From: Candidatus Eremiobacteria bacterium
Lineage (GTDB): Bacteria > Vulcanimicrobiota > Vulcanimicrobiia > Vulcanimicrobiales > Vulcanimicrobiaceae
DNA length: 64,000 nucleotides
Assembly: GCA_963758295.1 (NCBI GenBank)
Contig: CAVWUU010000001.1
Span: 640,001 to 704,000 of the forward strand
Direction of reading: 5' to 3'
Shown: one piece after another, positions 50,560-61,927 of the stretch
How the letters are laid out: each line of letters starts with the position of its first letter
Numbering within the stretch: the first letter of the stretch is position 1
Made by a program: the position numbers and the translations under genes
Notes under the pieces: generated by a model
The model's database searches: none
Told to the model about the DNA's origin: nothing
What the model saw: the letters and a program-made list of their open reading frames with translations, nothing else

Positions 50560-51735
50560 ATGAAAAGGCCCGTATTCGCGTTTTTTTTGCTGTGCGCAGC
50601 TTGCATATTTTCATGGTCGCCGGCTCGTGCCGCGACGGCCGCTTGCGGCGCGGCTGCGTCCTACGACGTCGCACTGCCCGGTGCGCCGATGGGCATCGTG
50701 CCGGTACCGGACGGAAGAACGGTTTTCGTCGCGCTCAATGCAACCAACCCGAGCCAAATAAACGGCATTGCGGTTCTCCATTGCCAGCGCGGCCGGTACG
50801 CGGTATCACGCGTGTACCGGATGGAGAGCCAGCCGACGATTCCAGCGCTGACCCACGACGGGAAAATGCTTGTAGTCCCGGACGACAACTACATTGCGTT
50901 TCTCGACACGAAAATACTTGGCGAAAGCGACGGCGATGCGTTACTCGGCTACGTCGAAGATCTTCCGGGTGACGATGGCGGCGCGATCTACGCTGCGGTT
51001 TCGCCGGACGATCGGTATGCTTTAGTAGCGGAAGAGCAGAGCGGAACGCTAACGGTGATCGATCTAAGCCGGGTGCGCTCGAAGCCGGCCGGCCGCGACG
51101 CGATTGCTGCTGAAATCCTGATTGGAAATGCTCCGGTTGCGCTTGTCTACTCCAAGGACGGCAGGCATCTTTTTGCAACGGTGCAGATCGCCCTGAACCG
51201 GACAAAGTGGGAAGAGCATTGCAAGCCGGAGAGCGGCTCGCAGAACGATCCGAGAGCACGGGAAGGCGCCGTTGTGGTGCTCGACGCCGCGCGGATAGTC
51301 TCCGACAAAGAGAAATCGATCGTCGCGTACGTGCCTGCCGGTTGCCATCCGGTTCGAGCGGCGCTCACGCCGGACGGCAACGCGCTGTGGGTTAGCGCTC
51401 GACAGTCAAACTTGGCCATCGCCTTCGACACGGCAGCGCTCGTCAACGCGTCCTCGAATGCTCGTATTGGCCAAGTAAGCGTTGGTCCCGCGCCGGTTCC
51501 GATCGTCGTTTCAGCGAGTGGAAACCACGTGCTCGTCGGCAACAGCAATCGCTTCAACGGTCCTACTGCGGCCTCGTCGGTAGACATCATTGACGTTAAG
51601 CAAAAGGCGGTCGTAGGCCACCTAAAGGCAGGCGCATTCCCTCGCCAGTTCGCAACCAGCCCCGACGGATCGACGATTTTTCTCAGTAACTTCGGATCCT
51701 CGACGCTGTCGATTATCGACGCGACGTCGCTATAG
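50560..51735 (+). CDS. YncE-like beta-propeller secreted protein
   Basis: Repeated G..P.....SPDG motifs. Confidence 0.8.
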   Translation: MKRPVFAFFLLCAACIFSWSPARAATAACGAAASYDVALPGAPMGIVPVPDGRTVFVALNATNPSQINGIAVLHCQRGRYAVSRVYRMESQPTIPALTHDGKMLVVPDDNYIAFLDTKILGESDGDALLGYVEDLPGDDGGAIYAAVSPDDRYALVAEEQSGTLTVIDLSRVRSKPAGRDAIAAEILIGNAPVALVYSKDGRHLFATVQIALNRTKWEEHCKPESGSQNDPRAREGAVVVLDAARIVSDKEKSIVAYVPAGCHPVRAALTPDGNALWVSARQSNLAIAFDTAALVNASSNARIGQVSVGPAPVPIVVSASGNHVLVGNSNRFNGPTAASSVDIIDVKQKAVVGHLKAGAFPRQFATSPDGSTIFLSNFGSSTLSIIDATSL

Positions 51736-51740
51736 GGGCT

Positions 51741-53403
51741 TTACATCGACTCCGGCGCGGAAACGCCGATGAGGTCGAGCACTTCGGCAAGGACCGTCTT
51801 GGTGGCGATGCAGAGACTCAAGCGGCCGAGGCGCGTGTCTCGGTCGTCGGTGAGAATCTTACACGCCGTATAAAATTGATGGAACTCGGAAGCGACGTCG
51901 CGCGCGTACTTCGCCAAACGGTGCGGCGCCAGGTTCTCTGCGACGCCGCTGACCACGCGCGGAAGTTCCGCGAGCCGCGCCGCGAGCGCCATTTCCGCGG
52001 GATGCTGCAGCGCGCTTAACGCGTCGCCCGCCTCTGCCGCCGCAATGTCGGATTCGCCGGCGTTTTTCAGCACCGATGCGATGCGTGCATGGCCGTATTG
52101 CACGTAATACACGGGATTCTCATTACTTTGTTCGACTGCGAGTTTCAAGTCGAACGTGAGCGGCGACTCGGCAGCGAGCATGATGAAGAAGAAACGGGCT
52201 GCGTCAACGCCGGCTTCGTCTAGAATGTCGTCCAGCGTAATGATGTTACCCGCGCGCTTGCTCATGCTCACCTGCTCGTTTCCGCGCATGAGCGTAATCT
52301 GTTGCGCGATCAGCACGTCGAGCAGCATCGGGATGGCCCATGGCCGCGGCTACGGCTTTAAGCCGTTCGATATAGCCGTGGTGGTCGGGCCCGAGAATGT
52401 CAATGACGCGCTCGGCGCGCTGGAATTTTTCGTAGTGGTAAGCGACGTCGGGAGCAAGATACGTCGGCCGGCCGTCGGAGCGCACGAGCACGCGGTCTTT
52501 GTCGTCGCCAAACGACGTCGTACGGAAATAGAGTGCGCCGTCCCGTTCGTACGTGAGGCCCATTTCGCCAAGTTTCGCGAGGTCTTCCATAACGCGGCCG
52601 CTTTCGTGTAACTCGCGTTCGCTTTGCCAAAGATCGAAATGTACGCCGAAACGCTCCGCTGTCGCCTGCTGTTCGGCAACGAGCGTGTCCCGGCCGAACT
52701 TTGCAAAGGCGGCGAGCCATTCCGATTCCGGGCGTCCCATCCACTTGTCGCCGTCGCGTTCGGCAAGCTGCGTCGCGATCGGAAGCAGATACTCGCCGGG
52801 ATAGCCTTCCTCCGGGAAGGGAAACGACGCGTCAAAGTGCTGCGCGTACCGCGCGTAAAGAGAACGGCCAAGCGTGTCCATCTGGCTGCCGTGATCGTTG
52901 ATGATCCACTCAGTGAACACGTCGTAGCCGCAATAGCGCAGCGCACGTGCCAGCGTGTCGCCGATAGACATCGTGCGCCCTTGCACGACAACGAGCGGCC
53001 CCGTGGGATTCGCGCTCCCAAACTCCAGCGAAATGCGCGTGCCGTTTGCGCCGAACCGGCCGAACTTACGGCCGTCACGCAGAATCGCCGCAAGCAACGT
53101 CTGCCAGACGAACGGAGCGCAGCGCAAATTGATGAACCCGGCAACCGGATCGATGCTCGAGAAAAGCGACGCAACGTTCGGCGCTTTGTCGCGTACGTCG
53201 GCCACAAGCGTCGTCGCAATATCGTTCGGGGAACGTTTTGCGACTTTCGCAAGCGTGAACGCAACGTTGGTTGCGAAATCGCCGAATTCCGGGCGCCGCG
53301 GCGCTTCGAAATTGACGTCCGCGGCCGGCGCGTCCGGATAGCGCGCCGCTACGGCGTCGGCAATCGCTCCCGCAAATGCGGCGAGTGCGTCCTGAGGCAG
53401 CAT
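51741..53403 (-). CDS. argS: Arginine--tRNA ligase (frameshift at about 52328)
   Basis: FGDFATN, EFGSANPTGP, FGDDKDRV, GPDHHGY, MSKRAG, YVQYGHAR. Confidence 0.93.
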
Positions 53404-53410
53404 GGCGGCG

Positions 53411-53873
53411 TTAGTGGTGGTAGGGCTCATTGCGCGCGATCTTCGCCGCACGGTAGAGCTGTTCCAGCACGATCATCCGCGCCCACTCATGCAAAAACGT
53501 CAATGGCGACAGCGACCACAGAAAATCGGCGCGCGCTCGCAGCGATGTGTCGGCGCCGTACGTTCCGGCTACGACAAAGGTCATGCGCGAGACGCCATCG
53601 CGCGTGACCGCCATCAGCCGCTGGGAAAGCTGCTCGCTGCTTAACTCGGTGCCGGTGCGTTCTAGGAGCCACACGCGTTCGTCCGGTCGCAACAGCTTCA
53701 GGATACGTTCGGCTTCTTCGCGCTTTGCAAGTGCCGGATCGCTGCCGTCGCCGGCTCTCAACTCGAGTTCTTCGTACGGAAAGTAAGGCGACAGCCGCTT
53801 CCGGAATTCGCCGCACGCGTCTGCGACATACCGGCGTGCGCAGCTTGTCGATCGCGATGAGGCGCAATTGCAT
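53411..53873 (-). CDS. rlmH: 23S rRNA m3-pseudouridine1915 methyltransferase (frameshift near 5' end)
   Basis: SLSPLTFLHE, EQLYRA, EPYHH. Confidence 0.9.
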
Positions 53874-54761
53874 TGTCCTAAGATAACAGAGTCAGCTGTC
53901 CCGTGCGCGCGAACCGGTTCGCCGCGACGCTCTACCTCGCCGTCCAATTCGAGCATCGACGAGCGACGCGAGCAGCAGCGACGGCGGTGCTGCCAAGCGC
54001 TGCGCGAGCATATCCAAGTCGGCCTCGCCGTTTTCGAGTTCGCACAAGAGCCGTTCGTCCAGCTCGGCGCGCTCGGGGCGTACGCCGCTGGTCGACATCG
54101 CCGGGTCCAGAGCCAGCGCTTCCAAGACGTCGAGCCGCGTTACGAGCGAGGATCGCGCCGTCGCGAAGAAGTGCGTGGCACCCGGCGACGTGCGGGCGAT
54201 CGACGTCGCCTGGAACGGCAAAGACGGGAATGCGGCCCGCCGCCCAACCGGCCGTATTCAAAGCGCCGCTGCGCGCGGGCGCTTCGACCACGACGACGGC
54301 GTCCGAAAGGGCCGCAACTACGCCGTTGCGTTGCAAGAAATTGGTGCGGCTGTGCCGGCCGTTCCGGCGGAAATGGCGAAAGCACGGCGCCGCCGCTTGC
54401 GACCATCCGTTCGGCGAGTTCGCGATTTCGTGCCGGAAAAAATGCGTGCGTGGCCCCGCGCCGAGCACGCCGACCGTCGGAGCGCCGCCGTCGAGGGCGC
54501 CTTCATGCGCGCGCGCGTCGATGCCGAGCGCGAGACCGGAGACGATGCAGCAACCCGCGGCACCTAAGATCGCGCGCGATCGCGCGAGCGATGCGTCGCC
54601 CGTAGCCTGTTGCTGCGCGCGTCCCAACGATTGCGACGCATGGCTTGCGCAAACCCTCGAGCGCGCCGCGCACCCATAGACCGTCGCCGGCCAAGCGCGC
54701 AGTCGCGGCTTGCGCGAAGCGTCTGAAAGTCGGCGACCGGCGCGAAGCGGACGTCGTCCAT
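53870..54761 (-). CDS. dprA: DNA-processing protein DprA, multiple frameshifts
   Basis: AIVGTRAATGYG, SGLALGID, FLQRNGVV, VEAPARSGAL, FAVPG. Confidence 0.85.
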
Positions 54762-54912
54762 CCGGAGCGTTCACGCCACGGGTCCCGGACGCAAGGAGGA
54801 AACTCCTGGCGCGCCTGGCCAGGGGGAATTGGCTTCCCGTGAATGAAGTTGCCCCGCCGCAAACCCAACGCCGGGCCGGCCCGTACCAGCCCTAGCTCTG
54901 GAGGAACCTCAG

Positions 54913-55062
54913 GTGGCAGCAGAAGCCTATTGCGTCAAATGTAAGACCAAGCGTCAGATCAAAGACGCGGTTCAGATCACCATGAAGAACGGCCGTCCCG
55001 CGACCGAAGGCAAATGCCCCGAATGCGGCACGAAGATGTTCAAGATCGGAGCGGCGAGCTAG
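54913..55062 (+). CDS. Small zinc-ribbon protein, DUF5679-like
   Basis: SD GGAGG; EAYCVKCKTKR...KNGRPATEGKCPECGTKMFKIG. Confidence 0.85.
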   Translation: MAAEAYCVKCKTKRQIKDAVQITMKNGRPATEGKCPECGTKMFKIGAAS

Positions 55063-55087
55063 CTCGACCCGTCTTCGAAAGCCGACG

Positions 55088-55114
55088 AAAAGGGCCGCCT
55101 GCGCGGCCCTTTTT
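55088..55114 (+). terminator. Intrinsic terminator
   Basis: AAAAGGGCCGC-ctgc-GCGGCCCTTTTT. Confidence 0.85.
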
Positions 55115-55137
55115 GCGTTTCCTATGGGTAGTGGCCG

Positions 55138-55166
55138 TATAATACAGGCACCCACTAGATGTGGGG
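55138..55166 (+). promoter_or_regulatory. -10 TATAAT followed by putative NrdR box
   Basis: TATAAT 55138-55143; CACTAGATGTGGGG 55153-55166. Confidence 0.55.
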
Positions 55167-55197
55167 GCTACGCGCCATCTGAGGAATCGGTAACCAG

Positions 55198-55652
55198 CTG
55201 ATCTGTCCGACTTGCCGCAAGAGCGAGACGCGCGTCGTCGACTCTCGCGACGACGAGACCGTAGTCCGCCGCCGGCGCGAGTGTCTCGATCCGCGCTGCA
55301 AGCATCGTTTCACGACCTACGAGCGAATGGAAGCCCCGCGCCTCTTCGTCGTGAAGAAAGACGGCCGGCGCGAGCAGTACAGTCGCGACAAAATTCTCAG
55401 CGGCTTGCGCACGCGCGTGCGAAAAGCGCCCGATCTCGCGAGAGCCAGATGGAAGCGGTCGCCGCCGATCTCGAACGCGAACTATTCGCGCGCGGCGAGA
55501 GCGAAGTCAGTTCCACGATGGTCGGCGAGAAGCTGATGGAAGCGCTGAAGAACCTCGATCCCGTCGCGTACATCCGGTTTGCGAGCGTCTACCGTTCGTT
55601 CCGAGACATCGAAAGTTTCAGGGAAGAGTTAGCGCAGCTGCTTGCCAAATGA
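55198..55652 (+). CDS. nrdR: Transcriptional repressor NrdR (frameshifts; start approximate)
   Basis: CPTC...RVVDSR...RRRREC...[24 protein letters not shown]. Confidence 0.92.
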
Positions 55653-55661
55653 CGCGCAGCG

Positions 55662-56122
55662 ATGACGAGTTCCGTGCGGGTCGCGCTCAAGCGCCTGCCC
55701 GAGGGTCAAGGTTTGCCGCTTCCCGCGTATATGTCGGAGCACGCTGCCGGCGCTGACCTTTGCGCCGCCGTCGCCGCCGATCTACGCTCGCGCCCGGCGC
55801 GCGCGCGCTCGTTCCGACCGGTTTTGCCATCGCGCTGCCGCCTGGCTTCGAGGCGCAGATTCGTCCGCGCAGCGGGCTCGCGCTGCGAAGCGGCGTGACG
55901 TGTTTGAACTACACCGGGAACAATCGACGCGGATTACCGCGGACCCGTTCAGGTGATCCTCGCGAATCTGGGCACTGAACCGGTCGTGATCCGGCGCGGC
56001 GATCGCATCGCGCAAATGGTCGTTGCTCCGGTCAGCACGCGCGCAGTTTGACGTCGTCGAAGAACTTGCCCGTTACCGAGCGCGGTGCCGGCGGATTCGG
56101 AAGCACGGGAGTTTCTTCGTGA
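55662..56122 (+). CDS. dut: dUTPase (frameshifts)
   Basis: [40 protein letters not shown]. Confidence 0.92.
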
Positions 56123-57099
56123 ACGTCTACATCGTGGGACGAGGAGCGGTCGGAACGTATCTGGGCGAGCGTACTGCAGTCGATCGGCGTCGAAGTCGCG
56201 TACGCGCCGCGCGAACTCGAGGCGGTGACGCCGTACGATGCCGACGTGGCGATCGTGGCGACGAAAGCGTACGACACGGAGGGCGCGATCGAAACGCTGC
56301 GCCGGGCCGTCTTGCATCCGGAGAAGTGCGTTTTCGTTACGCCGCAAAACGGCGTCGGCAATGAAGAGATGCTCGCCGCGGCATTCGGCGCCAACAACGT
56401 CGTTGCGGCCGCGCTCACCGTTCCGGTGGATCGCGATCCGAGTGGAAACGCCAATGCCGCGCGTGAAGGCGGCCTAGCGTTTGCGCCCGTGGGCGACTCG
56501 GCGTTCAATTGGCTCGTTGCCACCTTCGCCAGCAGCGGCATGAACGTGAAGGTCGTCGACGACTGGCGGGCGTTGAAGTGGAGCAAGCTCGCACTCAACG
56601 TCGTGGCCAATGCGAGCTGCGCCATTTTGAACGTGCTGCCGAACCGGCTCGTGCACTTCGAAAAGATTTTTACGCTCGAGATCCGGATGATTCGCGAAGT
56701 CAAGGCCGTGATGCAGGCGATGGCGATCGTCACCGATCGATCTCCCGCGCTACCCGGTGAAGGCGCTCTTCGGCGTGGCAAGTCTTCCGAGCCCGATCGC
56801 GCGGCGCGTCATGGCGACGTCGCGTGGCAGGCGGTCGCGGCACGAAACCGCCGTCGCTGCTTTTGGATTTACGCTCAGGGAAAGCCGCAAACCGAAGTCG
56901 ATGTGCTCAACGGCGCGGTCGCGCGCGCCGGGACGCGAATGCAACGTCCCGACGCCGGTCAACGCGGTGTACGCGCGGGTGTTGACGACATCGCGAACAT
57001 GCCGCAGCTATGGGCGAAGTACCGCGAACGTCCCGAAGCGCTGGTAGCCGAGGTCGAAGCCGAGATGCGGCGCATCAAAGCCTTGAGGAGCGGAGCTGA
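56119..57099 (+). CDS. panE: Ketopantoate reductase family (frameshifts; end approximate)
   Basis: VGRGAVG, ATKAYD, QNGVGNEE, KWSKL..N, TEVDVLNGAV. Confidence 0.8.
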
Positions 57100-57105
57100 G
57101 GGTTC

Positions 57106-57956
57106 ATGCGCGACCCTAACGTTCCGGAGTCCATCGAAGGCTGGTGGATTCTCCACCGTATGTTCGGTTTCGACCGGCGCGCGTGGGATGCGCTCACGGA
57201 GAAGCGGCGGATCAAATATTCCGGACATGCGCGCGATCTTTTCGAACATCTGAAGTCGGGCGCCGACGGCGACGCGGGTCTCGCGCAACTCGTAGGGCAC
57301 AAGGGCGATCTCATGATCACGCACTACGCGCGCGAATACGAAGGGCTGGCTTACGCGCAAACGCTCGTCGATAAACTCGAGCTGCGCGAGTTCTTGAAGC
57401 CGCTCGGTTCCTACGTTTCCGTGCTGGAAGTCGGGACTGTACGACGCCACCGGGAAGATTCACACCGAGCTTGCCCAGCTTGGACTAACGCCGAATTCTG
57501 CGGATTGGGCTAATGCGTTCGACGAACGTATTCGTCAAGCAGGCGCAAAGTCCAGTACATCGCGCCGCGATTGTTTGCGAAGATTCCGCCGCGCCGGTTC
57601 GCGTGCTTCTACCCGATGAACAAACGCCGCGAAGGGGAGCGACAACTGGTTCTCGCTTCCGTTCGAAGATCGCGCGAAGCTCATGACGGAGCATGGCAAA
57701 GTTGGCCGTTCCTATCATGGTCAAGTGACGCAGGTAATTTCGGGATCGATTGGGTTCGACGACTACGAGTGGGGCGTCGACCTTTATGCCGACGATCCGC
57801 TGGTGTTCAAGAAGCTTGTATACGAAATGCGTTTCGACGAAGCAAGTGCGCGCTACGGCGAGTTCGGTCGAATTTTGGAGCGGCATTCAGTTTTCTCCCG
57901 ACGAGCTTCGCGTCTTCTTGGACGGTGATGCGATCCCGCAGCTTCAAGTCAAATAG
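57106..57956 (+). CDS. chdC: Coproheme decarboxylase/chlorite dismutase family (frameshifts)
   Basis: [46 protein letters not shown]. Confidence 0.85.
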
Positions 57957-58677
57957 CGAGCAACCGCTTTAATTCGAGCGCGTCATGCGGCGCTGCCGCG
58001 TCGACGTCGTTGTTGAAGTACACGTAAACATCTGCAGCTGAGGCTTGCATCCGTTCGATTTCGCGAATCCAATGCTGAAGCGAGCGTCGCGGATACGATC
58101 CGACGTAAAGACCCGTGTAGCCATGGAGACGCAGATACCCGGCTTGGGGACTCGTTACCCATTTCGGCACGCGCAGCTTAGGATAGTCATGGATCGCGAA
58201 GGCGACGTTGCGCTCGCGTAAAATCGCCTCTACCGCGGGATCGAACCACGTCGCGTTGCGAAACTCCACCACGTACCGGTATTCCGGCGGCAGTTTATCG
58301 AGAAACGCTTGCAGGCGCGTATCGTCCCGTTCCAAGTAGGGCGGAAATTGCACGAGAATTTGCGCTAACTTCAGTGAATCGAAGCAGGCGGTGCGGGCGA
58401 AATAGTTTTCGATGAATTCATCGAGGCGCGGCGGCATATCGCGACGGTGCGTGATGAGGCGGCTCAATTTCACGGTGTATCGAAATTGCGGCGGCACGGT
58501 CTCGCACCAGACCTGCACTTGTTCCGGCTTAGGAAGCCGGTAGGTCGTGGCGTTCAATTCGACCGTATCGAAGTGCCCGGTGTAGAACTGAAGCCATTTA
58601 CGTTGAGCCACGCCCTCGGGATAGAAGCGGCCGCGCCATCCGCCGTACACCCAACCGCTCGTTCCCACGTAAATCAT
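57949..58677 (-). CDS. DUF72 family protein
   Basis: YVGTSGW, VELNATTYRLP, QFPP, EFRN, YLRLHG, YFNND. Confidence 0.9.
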   Translation of the reverse strand: MIYVGTSGWVYGGWRGRFYPEGVAQRKWLQFYTGHFDTVELNATTYRLPKPEQVQVWCETVPPQFRYTVKLSRLITHRRDMPPRLDEFIENYFARTACFDSLKLAQILVQFPPYLERDDTRLQAFLDKLPPEYRYVVEFRNATWFDPAVEAILRERNVAFAIHDYPKLRVPKWVTSPQAGYLRLHGYTGLYVGSYPRRSLQHWIREIERMQASAADVYVYFNNDVDAAAPHDALELKRLLAI

Positions 58678-58734
58678 CTCGTGTGCCTCGTACCCGCCCG
58701 GGACTCGAATTCGCCCGACTCGAACCTCGCGTGC

Positions 58735-59541
58735 ATGGCCGAGAAGCTCCATTACGGTGAAATGACGTGGCCGGAAGTGCGGGAGGCGGCCGCACGTGAG
58801 TGCGTTGCCGTTGTGCCGATCGCGACGATTGAAGATCACGGCCCGCACCTGCCCATCGACACGGATTTGCGCCTGTGCACCGCCGTTTGTGAAACGGCCG
58901 TATCGCGCGCCGCCGGTCGCGCCGTACTCGTGCCGCCCATAAATCATGGCTACAGTCCGCATCACATGGACTTCCCCGGCGCCATCACGATCGGAGCGCA
59001 CACCCTCATCGATTACGGTGTCGACGTCTGCCGAAGCCTTGCGCATCACGGATTCCGCAGAATCCTAATCGTCAACGGTCACGGCAGTAACTCTCCGTTC
59101 ATCGATATCATCGCTCGTCTCACCGTCGTGGAAACAAGCGTTCTAGCGGCGGCGGTGAATTATTGGGCTGCGCCAGGCGTTCGCGCCGTTGCCGAAGACC
59201 TTCGGGAGTCGGATAAAGTGGGCGGCATGAACCATGCCTGCGAATTCGAGACTTCGCTGTATCTTGCGTTGCGCCCCGACCTCGTGGATATGTCAAAAGC
59301 CGAACGCGAGTTATCGCATCGCCCGACAAAGAATTATTGGACCGATTTGATTGCGGGCGACGGTCCGCTGGTCATGATGGAACATTGGTCTTCGCTTACG
59401 GAAACCGGCGTCATGGGCGATCCGGCGAAAGCAACGGCGGAAAAGGGCCGGAAGCTTCTCGATGCATGCGCAAACGGCATCGTCGAACTTATCGACGAGA
59501 TGCGTGCCCGGCCGCCGGCGCAACGCCGCGACCATCACTGA
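58735..59541 (+). CDS. Creatininase family amidohydrolase
   Basis: EDHGPHLPIDTD, HHMDFPG, NGHGSN, HACEFETS. Confidence 0.9.
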   Translation: MAEKLHYGEMTWPEVREAAARECVAVVPIATIEDHGPHLPIDTDLRLCTAVCETAVSRAAGRAVLVPPINHGYSPHHMDFPGAITIGAHTLIDYGVDVCRSLAHHGFRRILIVNGHGSNSPFIDIIARLTVVETSVLAAAVNYWAAPGVRAVAEDLRESDKVGGMNHACEFETSLYLALRPDLVDMSKAERELSHRPTKNYWTDLIAGDGPLVMMEHWSSLTETGVMGDPAKATAEKGRKLLDACANGIVELIDEMRARPPAQRRDHH

Positions 59542-60963
59542 ACCGCATTTCTGCGCTCCTTGCGATGCGCTCGGCCATGTTCGAAAACACGTATTCGTGG
59601 AAAATTGCAATCGTATACCAGTAAAGCAGCCCGAATAAGCCCCGAGGCTCGTAGAAGGCGGTTTGTCTAAGCAGCGATCCGCTTGCGTCGGGTTCGGCTT
59701 CGAACTGAAGCCACGCGTACCCGGGCAGCTTCATTTCGGCGCGTAGGCGCAACAGGCGGCCGGGTTCGTACGCATCCACACGCCAGAAGTCTATGGCATC
59801 GCCGAGGCGCACGTCGCTTTGCGAACGGCGGCCGCGGCGGAGTCCCGCCCCGCCGGTGATGCGGTCGACGAATCCCCGAAGTTTCCATAGCGCTTTCGCT
59901 GCGAACCATCCTTGCGTGCCTCCGATAGCCGTAAACGTTCTTGCGAGCATTTCCGGCGGAGCGTCACAATGCCGCGTGCGACGGTCTATGAGCATGCCTT
60001 CGGCAACGCCGGAGAAATCACGAGGAAGCGCGCGCAAGTCATACGCGTCGAACCATGTCGTTTCGGGGCCGATGGTGGCATAGCGGTTCAGCGCGCGCAA
60101 AACCGCCATTCCATACGTGTCCGGGGCAACGTCAAAATCGCGACCCGCCTTAGCCGTTCGAGCGACGACTTCGTTGCGCAAACCTAGAATTAACGGCTGC
60201 GCAATCCGCGCCGGAATCGGTGTGACGAGATGAATCCAGTACGACGAAAGCCGGGCGTGAAGAACGGCACGATCACGATCGTGCGTTTCAAGCCGCGGGC
60301 TTCGGCATAACGGAGCAGCATCTCGCGATAGGTTAGAATCTCGGCGCCGCCGATTTCGTAAATTTGTCCCGCAGTAGCGGGGCGATCGAGCGTCTGTAGC
60401 AAGTACGCGAGCACGTTGCGAATCGAAATCGGCTGGCAGCGAGTGCGGACCCACCGCGGCGTAATCATCACCGGGAGGCGCTCCGTAAGATAGCGCACCA
60501 TCTCAAAGCTAACCGAGCCGCTTCCGATGATCTGCGCGGCGCGAAACTCGGTGACCGGAATACCGGTCGAGCGGAGCCGCTCGCCAACCTCATGGCGGCT
60601 GCGCAAATGTTCCGAAAGCTCGTGCTTCTCGTTGCCAAGGCCGCCCAAATAGACGATCCGCTTTACACCGGCGCGCGCCGCCGCTTCGGCGAAATTCCGG
60701 GCGGCGGTGCGGTCCGCGTCGCGATAGCTGCGCATTGCCATCATGCTGTGCACGAGATAGTAAGCGCAATCAATATCTTTCAGCGCTTCATCTAAGCCCC
60801 GGTTCTCGAGCACGTCGCCGTCCGCAATTTCGATATCGCCGAACCGCCCGGACAAACGCGCCGGGTGCCGCGCCAGCGCGCGCACCGCGTGGCCGCGCTG
60901 CAACAGCAGCGGGACAAGCCTGCCGCCGATGTAGCCCGTAGCACCCGTAACGAGAATGCGCAT
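59489..60963 (-). CDS. SDR/NAD(P)-binding protein with DUF2867 domain (frameshift at about 60250)
   Basis: TGATGYIG, YYLVHSM, HLRSRHEV, IDFWRV, AEMKLPG. Confidence 0.88.
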
Positions 60964-61037
60964 TACGTGGAGCTATACCCTCAGAGACCAGCAAGGCCGC
61001 TCAAAGCCGATTACGCCTGGAACGCGCTTGGGCGTAA

Positions 61038-61466
61038 TTAGGACTTCGCGCTTGGGCAAAGCGATCGAAGCGCTGCTTCAGCAGCTTTATTCGGCGGCGC
61101 GCCAAGCGGTCTTACGTAGCCGGCGACGATATGAACGCCGTTTCCGATCGTGTCGATGCTCTCAATGAAATATGGTTGCGGTCCTTTTTTCGACGCACCT
61201 TCGTTGAAGATGGCACGATGATTGCCGCAGATCTGGATCGGCCTCCATTGACGGCTGTTGGACGCCGCGGAAATCTGTGGGAATGGCACCCGCGCCACAA
61301 AAATATACTGGCGGTTGTCGGGGCTGTGAAACGCTTGCGACCCAAATGGGCTTGTTTTGGTCCACCATCCGGGAGGCACTTTGAAATCGAAGCCCTCCGT
61401 CGCCGGTTTGAACGAACAACCCACAAGTAACGCAATCGAGAGAAATGCTACCCGCTTTACGTGCAC
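61038..61466 (-). CDS. Hypothetical lipoprotein
   Basis: Lipobox LLVGC; ends AALRSLCP. Confidence 0.65.
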   Translation of the reverse strand: MHVKRVAFLSIALLVGCSFKPATEGFDFKVPPGWWTKTSPFGSQAFHSPDNRQYIFVARVPFPQISAASNSRQWRPIQICGNHRAIFNEGASKKGPQPYFIESIDTIGNGVHIVAGYVRPLGAPPNKAAEAALRSLCPSAKS

Positions 61467-61927
61467 GAGGTCATGTTCAACAGCGCCTGTATCTCCATCT
61501 TTCTAAATAGTTGCTGTATGGCGTCGAGTGCATGCGGTATTGGGCGCCCGTTCAGCAGGCGCTCTTAAAACACTGAACGTTCAAGCATCGCCTACAGCGC
61601 TACGGTCCGAGTCGAGAATGCCTGTCCGCAAGCGCGGCATGTCCTGTTCTGGACTTTTTCGGACTGCAACATCGAGCTCGACGTCCATTATCCGCGCCGG
61701 CTCGAAGTGACCTTAAACATCCGGAACGCAAACGTAACGGTCGAAGGTTCCGCCGGCAGCGTATCGGTGTGGAGGAAAGTTCGTCAACGGCGCCGGCGGT
61801 GCCGTAAAAACGGCAGCGCGACGCGGGCTTCTGCGTGGCATGGTACGTCGGTTGCGATGAGCCCAATGCCGGAAACGTCGCGCCACCACGACGTTCGGCA
61901 ACGTGATAATTGCCCGCGAATAGAACC

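Noticed and set aside
58700..58725. GACTCGAA direct repeat resembling a tRNA T-loop
   Set aside because: No cloverleaf or att partner; only 8 bp.
58735..59541. Mycofactocin peptidase MftE or a RiPP system
   Set aside because: Creatininase-family motifs only; no precursor peptide or radical SAM gene nearby.
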